A stretch of DNA of 64,000 nt from NCBI RefSeq assembly GCF_004014855.1, contig NZ_CP034930.1, positions 2,025,716 to 2,089,715 on the forward strand. Direction: 5' to 3'. The notes under the pieces are model-generated. The model ran no database searches. It saw only the letters and a list, made by a program, of their open reading frames with translations, and was not told where the DNA came from. The position numbers were made by a program, and so were the translations under genes. The stretch comes from Apibacter raozihei. GTDB taxonomy: Bacteria > Bacteroidota > Bacteroidia > Flavobacteriales > Weeksellaceae. Of the stretch, positions 39,043 to 50,050 are shown one piece after another. How positions within the stretch are numbered: position 1 is the first letter of the stretch; each line of letters starts with the position of its first letter.

Positions 39043-40014
39043 ATGCCTAAGCAAAGAGATTCTTTTTTCGATTCTATAAAATTTATATTAATTTTTTTAG
39101 TGGTTCTTGGTCATTTGCTGGAAGCAGTAGCAGGCATAAATCATTTGAATCGAGTAGCTTTCGATTTTATATATACCTTTCATATGCCTCTTTTTATTTT
39201 TATTTCAGGCTATTTTTCTAAAAATATTACTTGGAATAAATTTGTGAAAAGCTTTAAATCATTATTTTCAACTTATGTTGTTTTCCAGTTTTTATTTATT
39301 TTATTTCAGTTCTTTTTTTCAGGGAAATTTGATTGGTTTAAGTTTCTCTTTTTTCCTCAAAGCGTTTTATGGTACATAGCAGGGTTGATGATTTGGCGCT
39401 TTTTATTCTATTTTATTGAAAAATTTAAAATTTCATTTATACTGGTATTTACTATTTCATTAGTAATTACTTTTGCTTTAGGTTTTACGAAAGATGTAAT
39501 TCCTTTTTCAAGAATATTAACTTTCTTCCCTTATTTTATTTTAGGATATTTTTGCAGTGAAAAGTTTATAAAAAAAATAAGATCTATAAATAAAATATAT
39601 TTTACGGCCTTCTTAATTTTATTTTTTTTAGCACTGTATTTTACAACAAGTAATTTATATAGATACAATCTTTTTGGAGAATCTACTTACAACGCTTATC
39701 CAACTATATTGGAAGGAATTGTTTACAGAGGAGTATGGTTTTTGATTACCATTATTGTTTCCATAGCTTTTATAAATGTGATGCCTGTTATATTTCCTAA
39801 TTTAGGATTAAATACAATGGAGATTTATTTGCTTCATCCACTCTTTGTTTATTACATATTTAATATTATTGTAGGTTATTATCATTTAAACCCACCTTTT
39901 ATCTTGGTTTTTTTGTCAGCTGTGCTTATTGTTATAATTTGTTTATATTTAGGAAAGTTGAAATTTATTAAATACCTAATAAATCCTATGGATTTATGGA
40001 AAAAACGGTCCTGA
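39043..40014 (+). CDS. Acyltransferase-3-family membrane O-acyltransferase
   Basis: 323 aa and polytopic. The N-terminal FDSIKFILIFLVVLGHLL is characteristic of acyltransferase 3. Confidence 0.65.
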   Translation: MPKQRDSFFDSIKFILIFLVVLGHLLEAVAGINHLNRVAFDFIYTFHMPLFIFISGYFSKNITWNKFVKSFKSLFSTYVVFQFLFILFQFFFSGKFDWFKFLFFPQSVLWYIAGLMIWRFLFYFIEKFKISFILVFTISLVITFALGFTKDVIPFSRILTFFPYFILGYFCSEKFIKKIRSINKIYFTAFLILFFLALYFTTSNLYRYNLFGESTYNAYPTILEGIVYRGVWFLITIIVSIAFINVMPVIFPNLGLNTMEIYLLHPLFVYYIFNIIVGYYHLNPPFILVFLSAVLIVIICLYLGKLKFIKYLINPMDLWKKRS

Positions 40015-40187
40015 TTATATTAAATAACAAATAATATAAATATTTATATTCATTTATTAAATTATTCTTATTTAATATTATATTTTGTTTTTGTAAGATT
40101 TTCAGTATAAATTTTTATACTTATAAATATTTTATATAAGTAAAAGTATGTATCTTAGTTGATAATTTATAATAATATAAAAATCTT

Positions 40188-40859
40188 ATGAAAAGAATTT
40201 TTCTTATATTAACTCTTTTTGTGATTAGTAGTTCTTTTTCGCAAACAATAGACCTCGAAACAGTTAAAAAAGAAGTAATAAATAAAAACTCTTCATTTTA
40301 TTATGAAGATTTGGTAAAGCAATTTATTGAACATCCTGAAACTTTTCGAGCTGATACAGTAAAATCTGAATATTTATATTACGGTAAATTATTTTCTACC
40401 TACTATAAGAAATCATCTGAGGTTAAGTCGCAAAATATGCGGTTGATAAAATTAACCGGAGATAAAAAATATTCTAAAGCTATTGCTTTAGGAGAGAATT
40501 TGATCGAAAAAGATCCTGTAAATTTAGTTATTATAATGAATTTAATTAATTCGTATAAAAACCAAAATAAGGATGAAAACAAAGATAAAATAAATAAATT
40601 ATCTCTACAGGCAGAGATTTTGCTAACTGCTATAGCCAAGTATGGTGATGGTAAATCTAAGGAAACTGCGTTTAAAGTTATTGCTTTAGGGGATGAATAT
40701 ATTCTGCTAAATTATTTAGGGATTAATTTGGCTAAATATACTCGAAAATCGGAAAATTCGAAAACAAAAGAAATTTTAGATATCTGGACGAAAGATAATA
40801 ACTTCGCAGATGATCATAGAGAGAAAATTTATACAGTTGTATACTCAAATGTAGATTAA
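40188..40859 (+). CDS. Hypothetical secreted protein
   Basis: Signal peptide, helical and Lys-rich. Confidence 0.4.
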   Translation: MKRIFLILTLFVISSSFSQTIDLETVKKEVINKNSSFYYEDLVKQFIEHPETFRADTVKSEYLYYGKLFSTYYKKSSEVKSQNMRLIKLTGDKKYSKAIALGENLIEKDPVNLVIIMNLINSYKNQNKDENKDKINKLSLQAEILLTAIAKYGDGKSKETAFKVIALGDEYILLNYLGINLAKYTRKSENSKTKEILDIWTKDNNFADDHREKIYTVVYSNVD

Positions 40860-41034
40860 ATTTTTTGAATATTTATCGTACTAAATAAGTTTTATTTTTG
40901 GTTAGTTAAAATTTTAACATAAAAACCGATAGTTTTTGACATAATTTTTAATTTTATTAAATTCTGTGCAATATCAGTTGAAGATGATTGGATATTCATA
41001 ATACAAATACTTATATTTACAAAAAATATTATTT

Positions 41035-41694
41035 ATGATTGTTCACGATTTTAGTCAAACTAAATCTATATTAAATCATTTTGTAGCAGAGTTAAGAGAC
41101 GTTGAAGTACAAAAAGACCGAATGCGTTTCAGAAGGAATTTAGAAAGAATAGGTGAAATATTAGGGTATGAATTAAGTAAATCATTAAATTACCATACTG
41201 AAAATATTAAAACCCCACTTGGAATTAAGCCTACAGACTTATTGGATCAACAACCTGTTCTATGCACCATATTGCGTGCAGGGTTACCTTTACATCAGGG
41301 AATGATGAACTTTTTTGATCAGGCAGAAACTACGTTTGTGTCTGCTTTTCGTCATCATCCAAATGGTGAAAAGGAATTTGAAATTGTGGTTGAATATCTG
41401 GCTACTCCTTCTCTACAGGATAAAACTTTAATCATTTCTGATCCTATGTTAGCTACGGGTGAATCATTGGCTAATGTGTATGAAGTATTATTAAGTCAGG
41501 GAGTTCCTAAAAAAGTTCATATTGTTGCAGCTATAGGTTCAAAACCTGGAATTGATTATATAACTAAAAAACTTCCCGAAAATTCTGAACTATGGATTGC
41601 TTCTGTTGATGAAAGGCTTGATGATAATCAATATATTATACCAGGATTAGGTGACGCAGGAGATCTTGCTTTTGGTAAAAAATTGTCAAAATAA
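41035..41694 (+). CDS. upp: Uracil phosphoribosyltransferase
   Basis: 219 aa with the PRPP-binding LIISDPMLATGESL segment and a C-terminal IIPGLGDAGD motif typical of UPRTase. Confidence 0.9.
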   Translation: MIVHDFSQTKSILNHFVAELRDVEVQKDRMRFRRNLERIGEILGYELSKSLNYHTENIKTPLGIKPTDLLDQQPVLCTILRAGLPLHQGMMNFFDQAETTFVSAFRHHPNGEKEFEIVVEYLATPSLQDKTLIISDPMLATGESLANVYEVLLSQGVPKKVHIVAAIGSKPGIDYITKKLPENSELWIASVDERLDDNQYIIPGLGDAGDLAFGKKLSK

Positions 41695-41717
41695 ACTGAA
41701 TTTTTTAAATTCAATTA

Positions 41718-41748
41718 AAAAGCTGAAGTTTAAACTTCAGCTTTTTGT
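41718..41748 (+). terminator. Rho-independent terminator AAAAGCTGAAGTTTAAACTTCAGCTTTTT
   Basis: A perfect hairpin plus T-run after the upp stop. Confidence 0.7.
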
Positions 41749-41809
41749 GTTTAATAAAATTACTAATGATTTTAAGAGTAAAAGGTTATACTAACTTGGT
41801 TGTACAAAT

Positions 41810-42271
41810 TTATTTTTTTGAATATTCTTCTTCATAATCACAGATGCGTTGAACTTTAGGAGTGGAACCTCCTCCGCTAAATTCAGATTCAAGCCATGTG
41901 TTTAGTAAGCTTTTAGCAAGTTCATGTCCAATAACTCGTTCCCCAAAGCAAATAATTTGAGCATTATTACTTTTTCTCGCTCTTTCAGCAGAAAACGGGT
42001 CATGACATACGGCTGCTCTTACACCAGGTATTTTATTAGCAGTTATAGCCATACCTATGCCAGTTCCACATGTTAATACAGCTCGTTCAAATTCTCCTGA
42101 AGCAACAGCTTTGGCTACATTTGCTGCAACATCCGGGTAAAGAACCACTTCACCTTTTTCTGCTCCAAAATCCTTTACTTCATATCCTAGCTTTTCCAAA
42201 TATTCTTTTAATACTATTTTTAATGCATAAGCCGCTTCATCACAACCTATTGCTATTTTTTTCTTTTCCAT
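41810..42271 (-). CDS. rpiB: Ribose-5-phosphate isomerase B (RpiB/LacAB family)
   Basis: 153 aa with IAIGCDEA.. at the N-terminus and the CGTGIGMAI.ANK active-site region. Confidence 0.85.
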   Translation of the reverse strand: MEKKKIAIGCDEAAYALKIVLKEYLEKLGYEVKDFGAEKGEVVLYPDVAANVAKAVASGEFERAVLTCGTGIGMAITANKIPGVRAAVCHDPFSAERARKSNNAQIICFGERVIGHELAKSLLNTWLESEFSGGGSTPKVQRICDYEEEYSKK

Positions 42272-42576
42272 GATATACTATTATATTTTCTGAATTAGTA
42301 AATGACTTAATTTCAATAACACAAATATACTTACTAAAACAAAACTAAACAATACTATTACGAAATAATTTTTATGATAATTAACAGTTTTTATCATAGA
42401 TGTATAATATATTAATTGATAATCAGTTAATTAATTAATTATTAAATATTTCGATAGTGAAACTTTTGTTTCAATAAAATATTGATGGGTAAATTAACAA
42501 GATTAAAAAACAGATTAATATATAATTTTTACTTATTATTGCTAATTGACTGATTGATATATGTCTTTATTAAATA

Positions 42577-43359
42577 TTATTCTATTTTAGAATGAATTTT
42601 GAGTATAAATTTTTTATCAAAGATGAAAATGAATAAGATAATAATTATATTTGAAAGTATGGTAGAAATTCCTACTACAGAACTATACAGTTCGTTTCCA
42701 TTAGAGATGTAAAGAGGAAATAGGATGCCTATAGAATTGATCATTCCATGAAATAAACAAGGAGCCAATATTGAGTTTGTTTTATATGTTAAATAACTAA
42801 AAATAGGACTAATTGTTATAGTAAACAGACACATAATTAAAATTCCTACAATTAGTGATGATGGATAATTATGCCCCATAATAATTAGCGGAATATGCCA
42901 TAAGCCCCAAATGGTTCCTATAAATATTGATGATCTAAAGAAACCCAATGATTTTGTTTCATTAAGTAAAAAATTTCTCCATCCGAATTCTTCTCCAAAT
43001 GTTGCAAATAAGTTTACAATTCCTCCAAAGATTGTACACTGTATGAAGAATGCAAAAAATAATATAATAGGTGAAATAGATGATATATTATAAGATGTTG
43101 AAGATGTAGGAATTAATTTTTGAGTTAATTTTGTTAAACGAAAAGAAAAACCTTCACTTGAGAAGTCAACTTGTCCAAAATTTTCATTCAAATGATTATT
43201 TCCAAATATCCAAATAATTGTAAAAGATAATAATATTAAACAAACAAATACCAAGGGTGTTAATAAAAGCTTATTATAAGGCTTAAAATTTAATTTTAAG
43301 GAAAACTTATTTTTTTTTAATTTAATTAATAAAAGAGCTGCGGATGTAGGTCCATACAT
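42577..43359 (-). CDS. CPBP-family intramembrane metalloprotease (CAAX protease-like)
   Basis: EEFGWRNFLL and WGLWH motifs (EExxxR, FxxxH); polytopic. Confidence 0.75.
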   Translation of the reverse strand: MYGPTSAALLLIKLKKNKFSLKLNFKPYNKLLLTPLVFVCLILLSFTIIWIFGNNHLNENFGQVDFSSEGFSFRLTKLTQKLIPTSSTSYNISSISPIILFFAFFIQCTIFGGIVNLFATFGEEFGWRNFLLNETKSLGFFRSSIFIGTIWGLWHIPLIIMGHNYPSSLIVGILIMCLFTITISPIFSYLTYKTNSILAPCLFHGMINSIGILFPLYISNGNELYSSVVGISTILSNIIIILFIFIFDKKFILKIHSKIE

Positions 43360-43482
43360 ATATACGATAACAAGTAATAAATATGTTATGGAATTGGATT
43401 TACAGCCAATCAGATTAATTAAATAGGCAATTGTCCAGCTAAAAGAAAAGATAAAATAATAAATAATGTAATATTTTTTTTA

Positions 43483-44691
43483 TCAATTTTTTTCATAGAT
43501 GTTAAATTGTTGACTGATAACAAAAGCTTCGCTCCAACATGCCTGAAAATTAAACCCTCCGGTAATTGCATCTATGTCAATAACTTCACCAGCAAAATAA
43601 AGATTTTGAACTAGTTTTGACTGCATTGTCCGGAAATCTATTTCTTTACGATTAACTCCTCCGGCAGTAACAAATTCATCTTTAAATGTACTTTTGCCAT
43701 TTATTGTTAGCCTGGTATTTGTTAATGTTTCTGTAATTCTATTTATATCAGTTTTACTCAATTCAGCAAGCACTTTTTCTTTTATATCTAAAACATTTAG
43801 CATATTTTGCCAGAATCTTTGTGTAAGATTATAGGGTTTAAGAGAATAAATGGATTTTTTAGGATTTTGAACTTTGTAACCGTTAAGTGTATTTTTAACT
43901 TCGTCAAAACTCTCAGAAACCCAATTAATTTTAAGAATAAAGTTATATTTTAATTCAGCAAGTTCTCTGGCCTTCCAGGCAGAAAGTTTAAGTATTGATG
44001 GGCCACTCAGTCCCCAGTGGGTTATTAATAAAGGTCCGTATTCAGTATGTTTTAACAAAGGAATTGATATTTCAGCTTCAGTAAAAGAAGTTCCCTGAAG
44101 ATTCTGGATTAAAGGAGATTTACAATTAAATGTAAATAGACTGGGAACAGGAGAAATTATTGAATGGCCTAATTTAGATATAATTTTCCACATTTTGGGA
44201 GAGCTTCCTGTTGCTATGATTAATGCATCAGCTTCATAAACGAATTTCGAAGTTATAATTTTAAACAATTGATTTTCATTCATTATATCAGAAACAACAG
44301 TTTCGTAATGTACTTGTATATTGTTTTTTTCAGTATGTTTAAGTAATGTGTCAATGATTGTTTGCGATGTATTAGTGTCAGGAAATACCCTGTTATCAGC
44401 TTCTATATTTAAATTAACTTTTCTTCTTTCAAACCAGTCAAAAGTATCAGAAGGTTGAAAATGAGAAAAAATACTAGTTAATTCTTTGGAACCTCTAGGA
44501 TAGAATTTAACAAGTTCTTTAGGATTAAAACATGCATGTGTTACATTACACCTCCCTCCACCAGATATTTTAACCTTTTGTAAAGGATGTTTGGATTGTT
44601 CTAATATGGTAACTTTCCAATTAGTTTTATTAAGATTTGCTGCTAAGAAAAAGCCGGAAGCTCCTCCACCTATGATAACTAATTTTTTCAA
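43483..44691 (-). CDS. NAD(P)/FAD-dependent flavoprotein, HI0933/BaiN family
   Basis: N-terminal VIIGGGASGFFLA dinucleotide fold and a C-terminal GEVIDIDAITGGFNFQ segment typical of HI0933-like proteins. Confidence 0.75.
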   Translation of the reverse strand: MKKLVIIGGGASGFFLAANLNKTNWKVTILEQSKHPLQKVKISGGGRCNVTHACFNPKELVKFYPRGSKELTSIFSHFQPSDTFDWFERRKVNLNIEADNRVFPDTNTSQTIIDTLLKHTEKNNIQVHYETVVSDIMNENQLFKIITSKFVYEADALIIATGSSPKMWKIISKLGHSIISPVPSLFTFNCKSPLIQNLQGTSFTEAEISIPLLKHTEYGPLLITHWGLSGPSILKLSAWKARELAELKYNFILKINWVSESFDEVKNTLNGYKVQNPKKSIYSLKPYNLTQRFWQNMLNVLDIKEKVLAELSKTDINRITETLTNTRLTINGKSTFKDEFVTAGGVNRKEIDFRTMQSKLVQNLYFAGEVIDIDAITGGFNFQACWSEAFVISQQFNIYEKN

Positions 44692-44772
44692 AGAGTTATA
44701 AATTTATTTAGATTGTATTAGTCCTAATTTTATATAAATGAATAGGACTGGTTTAACCAGTCCTATTTGAAT

Positions 44773-47283
44773 TTATGATTTTTTAAATAATCTTTTTATT
44801 CTGGATATTAAGGAATTGTCGTAATTTTCATCTTCTTCAAAATATCCGTATCCATATCCGTATCCATATCCGTATCCATAACCATACCCATAACCGTATC
44901 CATAGCCTCCAGGATTTGTAAAGTCATTAAAAATTATTCCTATATGATTTACTTCTCCTGCTTTGTATTTTTCATTTATGCTTCGTAATAATTGTTTATA
45001 TGTATAGTTACATCTTGTTACATATAATCTAGCATCTGAAAGTCCCATTAAATCGTAAGCATCAATTACTAAACCTACTGGTGGTGAATCAATAATTATA
45101 TAGTCGTATAAATTTCTTAACTTTTCAATTAATTCCCGATTCTCATCACTAATTAAAAGTTCTCCCGGGTTAGGTGGAATTGGTCCTGCAGGTATAATAT
45201 CAAAATTATCATAACCTGTAGGTTTAATAATTTCTTCAAGAGTATTATTTCCAGACAAATAACCGGATAAACCTACTTTATTACTTATATTAAAGTCATC
45301 AAAAATTCTAGGCTTTCTTAAATCCATGCCTACCAGTACGGTTTTCTTACCGCTTAGAGCGATTACTGATGCTAAGTTGATAGCTATAAAAGTTTTACCT
45401 TCGCCCCCAATAGAGGATGTGATAAGAAATACTTTACCGTTTTTAACAGTTTTTTCGTTAAATAAAAATCTAAGATTTGAACGTATAGCTCTAAAGCTTT
45501 CTGAAATACTTGATTTAGGTCTTGTTAAAACAACTAAATTATTTTCTGCATTTTTTGGACCTATAGTACCAATTAAAGGAATTTTAGTGGTAGACTTAAG
45601 ATCAGAAATTAATTTTATCTTATTATCTAATAATTCAATTAAGAAAAATACTATAAAAGGAATTAAAGTAAAAATACTTATATATATAATTTTATTTTTT
45701 CTTACATCAGGTGTTATCGGTCCCTGACCTATATTTTTAGCTTTATCTAATATGACTATATCAGATACCGTAGTTGCTTTTCTCATCTCAGCTTCCGATA
45801 ATTTATCTAATAAATTATTATAAATTCCATCATTCAACAAATAGCCACGTTGTGCGTTTATGAATTCACGTTCTTTTTCTGGAAGTGTTGCAAATTCAGC
45901 TTCTATTTCCCTAATTTTTTCAGATACACTATTTATATCATTAGATAAATTTTTTCCTGAATTAGCTAAGATAGAAATGGCTTTATTCTTAGCTATATTT
46001 ATCTTATAATCGAGATCTTTAATTGGTTCTGAAGTAACTCTATACAAAATAAGTTTTTCTCTTTTTTCCTGTTCTAAAGCTTGAATATTTTGTATTACCG
46101 ATGAAAAAGTAGGATCAACCCCAGTAACGTTGCTGTCGATAATGATAGATCCATTGAATACAGAGTTCCTTAATAGTGAGACAGCTTGGAGTTTTGACTG
46201 AAGTTCTGCTTTTTGTTGATCTAAATTTTGAATTTTGGATAAAGCAACACTGGTACCTAAATCTGATTGTGAAAATGTTTTATTTTTTATCTGAACTCTT
46301 TGAAATTCAGCTGAAGCGCTATCTAATTTCTTTTTAGTAATGACTATTTGATCTTTTATAAAATCAATAGTATTTTGATTAACAATGTTTTTGTCATCTA
46401 GTCTTTTGATTATTAACTGTTCTATGGATTTATTTAAAAAATTAATTGTTCCATTCAGACTTAAACCTTTTTTAGAAACAATCATAACAGATGGTAATTC
46501 ATTATCAAAATTGACATTAATCATAGACTGAATAGAGGATACAGCTTGATTAACAGTAACTAAATTAAAATAAAATTGTGATCCTATAGCATTACCATTT
46601 CCTTCAAATTCGTCATTTTTTACTATCTTAAATTTAAGATTATTTGAATTTAACCAAGTATTTATAGGAACAATAACTTCACTTTTATTGGGAACATTTC
46701 TATTAACATATTTTTCAGAAGAATAAAAGTAACAAGTTTCGTTCGGAGTTTCAGGGAAAGTAATTTTAAACTTGTTATTTTTTAGAATTTCAATTTTTGT
46801 ATTATAATTTAAAGCTTGTGCATAAGTTGTATCAATAATTACCCTGTAAGGTAAATCAATATAATCTATTTCAGTTGTTTTTATATTTCCTTTTTGAAAA
46901 TAAGTAACATAGAGACTTAACTTTTTGACTAAAGCCTCGTTATGCGTTCTAGAAGATAATAGTTTTTTGTAGTAGATTCCTTGAGTAGCACCGGAATTTC
47001 CACCCCAGATAAAATTAATTGACTGGCTTGGAGCTAATACACTTGAAGTTCCTGTTGAGATACTTGTAGTGATTGAAGATTGATAAAATCTATCAGAAAA
47101 TCTATTGACTACAAAAGATACTATCCAACCAATTATAAAAGCTATTATAAACCAATACCAGTTACTAATAAGCCTTCTTATAAATCTTTCGATACTAAAA
47201 AAATTATTTTCAAGAATATCCGAAGCTTTATTTTTGGAAGATGCAGAATTTGGGTTGGAATTAGAATTAGTTTCGTTAGACAT
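44773..47283 (-). CDS. Polysaccharide co-polymerase/tyrosine autokinase (Wzc-like BY-kinase) with a C-terminal (GY)9 repeat
   Basis: 836 aa. It has an N-terminal Wzz-like region with 2 TM helices, a C-terminal P-loop kinase with Walker A (SSIGGEGKTF), and a GYGYGYGYGYGYGYGYGY tail. Confidence 0.85.
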   Translation of the reverse strand: MSNETNSNSNPNSASSKNKASDILENNFFSIERFIRRLISNWYWFIIAFIIGWIVSFVVNRFSDRFYQSSITTSISTGTSSVLAPSQSINFIWGGNSGATQGIYYKKLLSSRTHNEALVKKLSLYVTYFQKGNIKTTEIDYIDLPYRVIIDTTYAQALNYNTKIEILKNNKFKITFPETPNETCYFYSSEKYVNRNVPNKSEVIVPINTWLNSNNLKFKIVKNDEFEGNGNAIGSQFYFNLVTVNQAVSSIQSMINVNFDNELPSVMIVSKKGLSLNGTINFLNKSIEQLIIKRLDDKNIVNQNTIDFIKDQIVITKKKLDSASAEFQRVQIKNKTFSQSDLGTSVALSKIQNLDQQKAELQSKLQAVSLLRNSVFNGSIIIDSNVTGVDPTFSSVIQNIQALEQEKREKLILYRVTSEPIKDLDYKINIAKNKAISILANSGKNLSNDINSVSEKIREIEAEFATLPEKEREFINAQRGYLLNDGIYNNLLDKLSEAEMRKATTVSDIVILDKAKNIGQGPITPDVRKNKIIYISIFTLIPFIVFFLIELLDNKIKLISDLKSTTKIPLIGTIGPKNAENNLVVLTRPKSSISESFRAIRSNLRFLFNEKTVKNGKVFLITSSIGGEGKTFIAINLASVIALSGKKTVLVGMDLRKPRIFDDFNISNKVGLSGYLSGNNTLEEIIKPTGYDNFDIIPAGPIPPNPGELLISDENRELIEKLRNLYDYIIIDSPPVGLVIDAYDLMGLSDARLYVTRCNYTYKQLLRSINEKYKAGEVNHIGIIFNDFTNPGGYGYGYGYGYGYGYGYGYGYGYFEEDENYDNSLISRIKRLFKKS
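44845..44908 (-). repeat. Tandem hexanucleotide repeat (TATCCG/TATCCA) encoding (GY)9 in the Wzc tyrosine cluster
   Basis: Visible as ccgtatccatatccgtatccatatccgtatccata.. in the sequence. Confidence 0.8.
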
Positions 47284-47292
47284 AAAATAATT

Positions 47293-48102
47293 TTATAAAT
47301 TTTTAAAGAATAGATATGTAGTTATAGCTGACATTCCTAACGACATGAACTGTGTTACGTCTCCTATAGTTGTTCCTCCGCCAAGACCAGATATTTTTTC
47401 TTTCAATGGATCAATTATAATTTGATCTCCAGGTTGTAAATAGTAATAGGGAGAGTTCATTATATCATCTCGAGTAATATCTAAAACTATATTTTTTTTC
47501 CCTTCCGGATATTCTCTTATAATTCTGATATGCCTCCTATCCGCATATCTCGTTAAATCTCCTGCTTTAGCGATAGCTTGGAGTAAATCAAGTCTATTGG
47601 AATCTTCTGTTTTTTCCCCAGGAGAAGAAACTTCTCCAACCATGTAATATTTGATAGTTCCTAAATTTATTCTTACTTCTGCTTTTCCTTCATTATATAA
47701 AACCTGATTTAATTTGGTCTGAACTAAATTAGTTATTTCGCTTAAAGTCAAACCGTATACATAAAATTCTCCAAGCCCGTAGATTGATATGAAACCATCA
47801 GGATCAACAGGTAAGCCTCCACTTTTTAATCGACTCATAGATGAACCTGTAGCGTTTTTAAATACTTCAGTGTTCTCAGATGTCAAAAATTTAGAAGCAT
47901 TCTCATCGGTAGTAATTAATACCATTGTTAAAATATCATCTTTTTTAACTCTATAATTTTCATAGGAAACAGGAATCAAACCGTATTGGTTTAATTGAAT
48001 GTTATCACTAGGTTGTAAATATTTTAAATCCTTCACACCAATACATGAAGTTAAAAATATTGAAAATAAAAGTATTAATATATAAAATTTAGAATTCATC
48101 AT
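47293..48102 (-). CDS. Polysaccharide export protein (Wza-like, SLBB domain)
   Basis: 269 aa with a lipoprotein signal. It is adjacent to wzc. Confidence 0.7.
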   Translation of the reverse strand: MMNSKFYILILLFSIFLTSCIGVKDLKYLQPSDNIQLNQYGLIPVSYENYRVKKDDILTMVLITTDENASKFLTSENTEVFKNATGSSMSRLKSGGLPVDPDGFISIYGLGEFYVYGLTLSEITNLVQTKLNQVLYNEGKAEVRINLGTIKYYMVGEVSSPGEKTEDSNRLDLLQAIAKAGDLTRYADRRHIRIIREYPEGKKNIVLDITRDDIMNSPYYYLQPGDQIIIDPLKEKISGLGGGTTIGDVTQFMSLGMSAITTYLFFKNL

Positions 48103-48183
48103 GATAAAATTAATTTTTCAAAAATAGTTATTTTTTTATAATGTTATTATCTATAAATCATATTTTAAAAAAGTGATTCGACC

Positions 48184-49302
48184 TCACAATTTATATTTAT
48201 TTAGTTTTAAAATTAATATAGGCAGAAAAGAAAAAATTAGACCCAAAGATATTATAATTATAAGTAAAAAATGTATATTAATATGCCTAAATAAATAAGC
48301 GACAGTAATAACAAAAGCATTTTCTAAAACCATAATTAGAGATACTTGTTTATGATTCAAGTTTAAATGTAAATATCTATGGTGCATATGATTTCTATCT
48401 GCAGCAAAAGGGGATTTTCTTTTATAGATTCTAATTGAAAAAACGCATAAGGTATCTATAATAGGTATAATTAATATAGCAATAACAATCACAGGTGCAG
48501 ATTGTAAATGATATATAGGTATTCCTGACGAAGATAATAATAAAAATAAATTTAAAAATTTTATACCCATAAATGAAAGCAAGAAACCTATAATCATAGA
48601 ACCTGTATCACCCATAAATATTTTATATTTTTTGGAAAAATTAAAAATAAGAAATGCACTTAAACTCCCAATAATTGTTAAGCACAAAACAATCATAGGA
48701 TAATTTATTTCTCCAAGTCTCCAAAAAGTCCAGATAAAAGCAATACTTACTAAAATAGCTACACCAGATGCAAGGCCGTCAATACCATCAATAAGATTAT
48801 ATGCATTGATTAGTAAAATAAATACAAAAACTGTAAAGAGTATACTAAACCAATAGGGTAAAAGTTCAATTCCAAGTATTCCAAAAAAATTACCTATTCT
48901 AACATTAGAACCAATAGAAATCATGAGAGCAGTGGCTATTTGTGCATAAAATTTTTTGTCAGGAGCTACTACCAGAATATCATCCATTAGTCCTATAAAA
49001 AACAATATAATTATAGCAGAAAATAAAAATATATATGCTGAAAATAATTCATATGCACATATTGAAGACATTATAGTTATAGAGTAAAAGATTGAAATTC
49101 CCCCAAGATTAGGTGTTCTTTTAATATGAGAACTTCTATCACCTGGAAGAGCCATTAAGTTTTTTTTATAAGATACTCGTATTATTTTAGGAATTGTTAA
49201 AAAAGTCAATAAAAACGAGCCTACAAAACCTACTATACACTTTAGGTAAAAACTATCAACACCTAAAACTGTTTTAATTAATCTAATATCAAAATTTTCC
49301 AT
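48184..49302 (-). CDS. Polyprenol-phosphate sugar-1-phosphate transferase (WecA/MraY family, GT4)
   Basis: 372 aa with 10 TM helices and MraY/WecA-like motifs (GLMDD, NAYNLIDGIDGLA). Confidence 0.75.
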   Translation of the reverse strand: MENFDIRLIKTVLGVDSFYLKCIVGFVGSFLLTFLTIPKIIRVSYKKNLMALPGDRSSHIKRTPNLGGISIFYSITIMSSICAYELFSAYIFLFSAIIILFFIGLMDDILVVAPDKKFYAQIATALMISIGSNVRIGNFFGILGIELLPYWFSILFTVFVFILLINAYNLIDGIDGLASGVAILVSIAFIWTFWRLGEINYPMIVLCLTIIGSLSAFLIFNFSKKYKIFMGDTGSMIIGFLLSFMGIKFLNLFLLLSSSGIPIYHLQSAPVIVIAILIIPIIDTLCVFSIRIYKRKSPFAADRNHMHHRYLHLNLNHKQVSLIMVLENAFVITVAYLFRHINIHFLLIIIISLGLIFSFLPILILKLNKYKL

Positions 49303-50050
49303 ATTTTTTTAAACCGTTGAGGCCCCATTTTAATGTGTAATAAATTGATTTAGGCAAAGATAGTTTTAAAAATTTATAATAAACTAAAAACTGATAATAT
49401 GTGATTTTAAATTTATTTCTAGAGTAAGAATCATTTCTTATTCTATATATTGCTAAAGGCTTGGTAATAGCTTTAGCACTTGGAATTTTTTTTAATACAT
49501 TTATCCACATTGCATAATCTTCTCTTTTAGGTACATCTTCTGGAATAAATATTTTACCTATTCTTTGACTATCATACATTGTGGTTAGCATAGGCATAGG
49601 ACAATTATTTAATAATCTTTTATATGTTATGTTGTCTTCGGCTATAAAATCAGGTAATAAAGGATTCAAATCTTCATCATATCTTTTATAAGAACTATAT
49701 ACTAATTCTTCATTATTATTTACTAAAAAATTTTTAGCAGTTATTAAGAAATCCGGGAACCAAATATCATCGCTGTCAATAAAGGTTATAAAACGTCCTT
49801 TCGCTAATTTTAATCCTATATTTCTTGCTTTTGCAGCTCCATGATTAAAATCCAATTTTAATAATTTAATTCTTTTATCAGTTACAGATTTTATCAAGTT
49901 TACCGAATTATCAGAACTATTGTCATCAACAATAAACCATTCCCAGTTAGTATATTCTTGTGCTAAAACTGATTCAATCGTTTTCATAATATAATTATCC
50001 GAGTTATAACAGGCTGTAATAATAGAAATTTCAGGATTAGAGTTCATCAC
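49289..50050 (-). CDS. Glycosyltransferase family 2
   Basis: N-terminal ISIITACYN..DDNSSD; GT-A fold with DxD. Confidence 0.75.
   Translation of the reverse strand: MMNSNPEISIITACYNSDNYIMKTIESVLAQEYTNWEWFIVDDNSSDNSVNLIKSVTDKRIKLLKLDFNHGAAKARNIGLKLAKGRFITFIDSDDIWFPDFLITAKNFLVNNNEELVYSSYKRYDEDLNPLLPDFIAEDNITYKRLLNNCPMPMLTTMYDSQRIGKIFIPEDVPKREDYAMWINVLKKIPSAKAITKPLAIYRIRNDSYSRNKFKITYYQFLVYYKFLKLSLPKSIYYTLKWGLNGLKKYGKF

Noticed and set aside
47080-47298. Two 61- and 72-aa plus-strand ORFs at the 5' end of wzc
   Set aside because: They lie inside the N-terminal coding region of the 836-aa Wzc on the opposite strand and are spurious.
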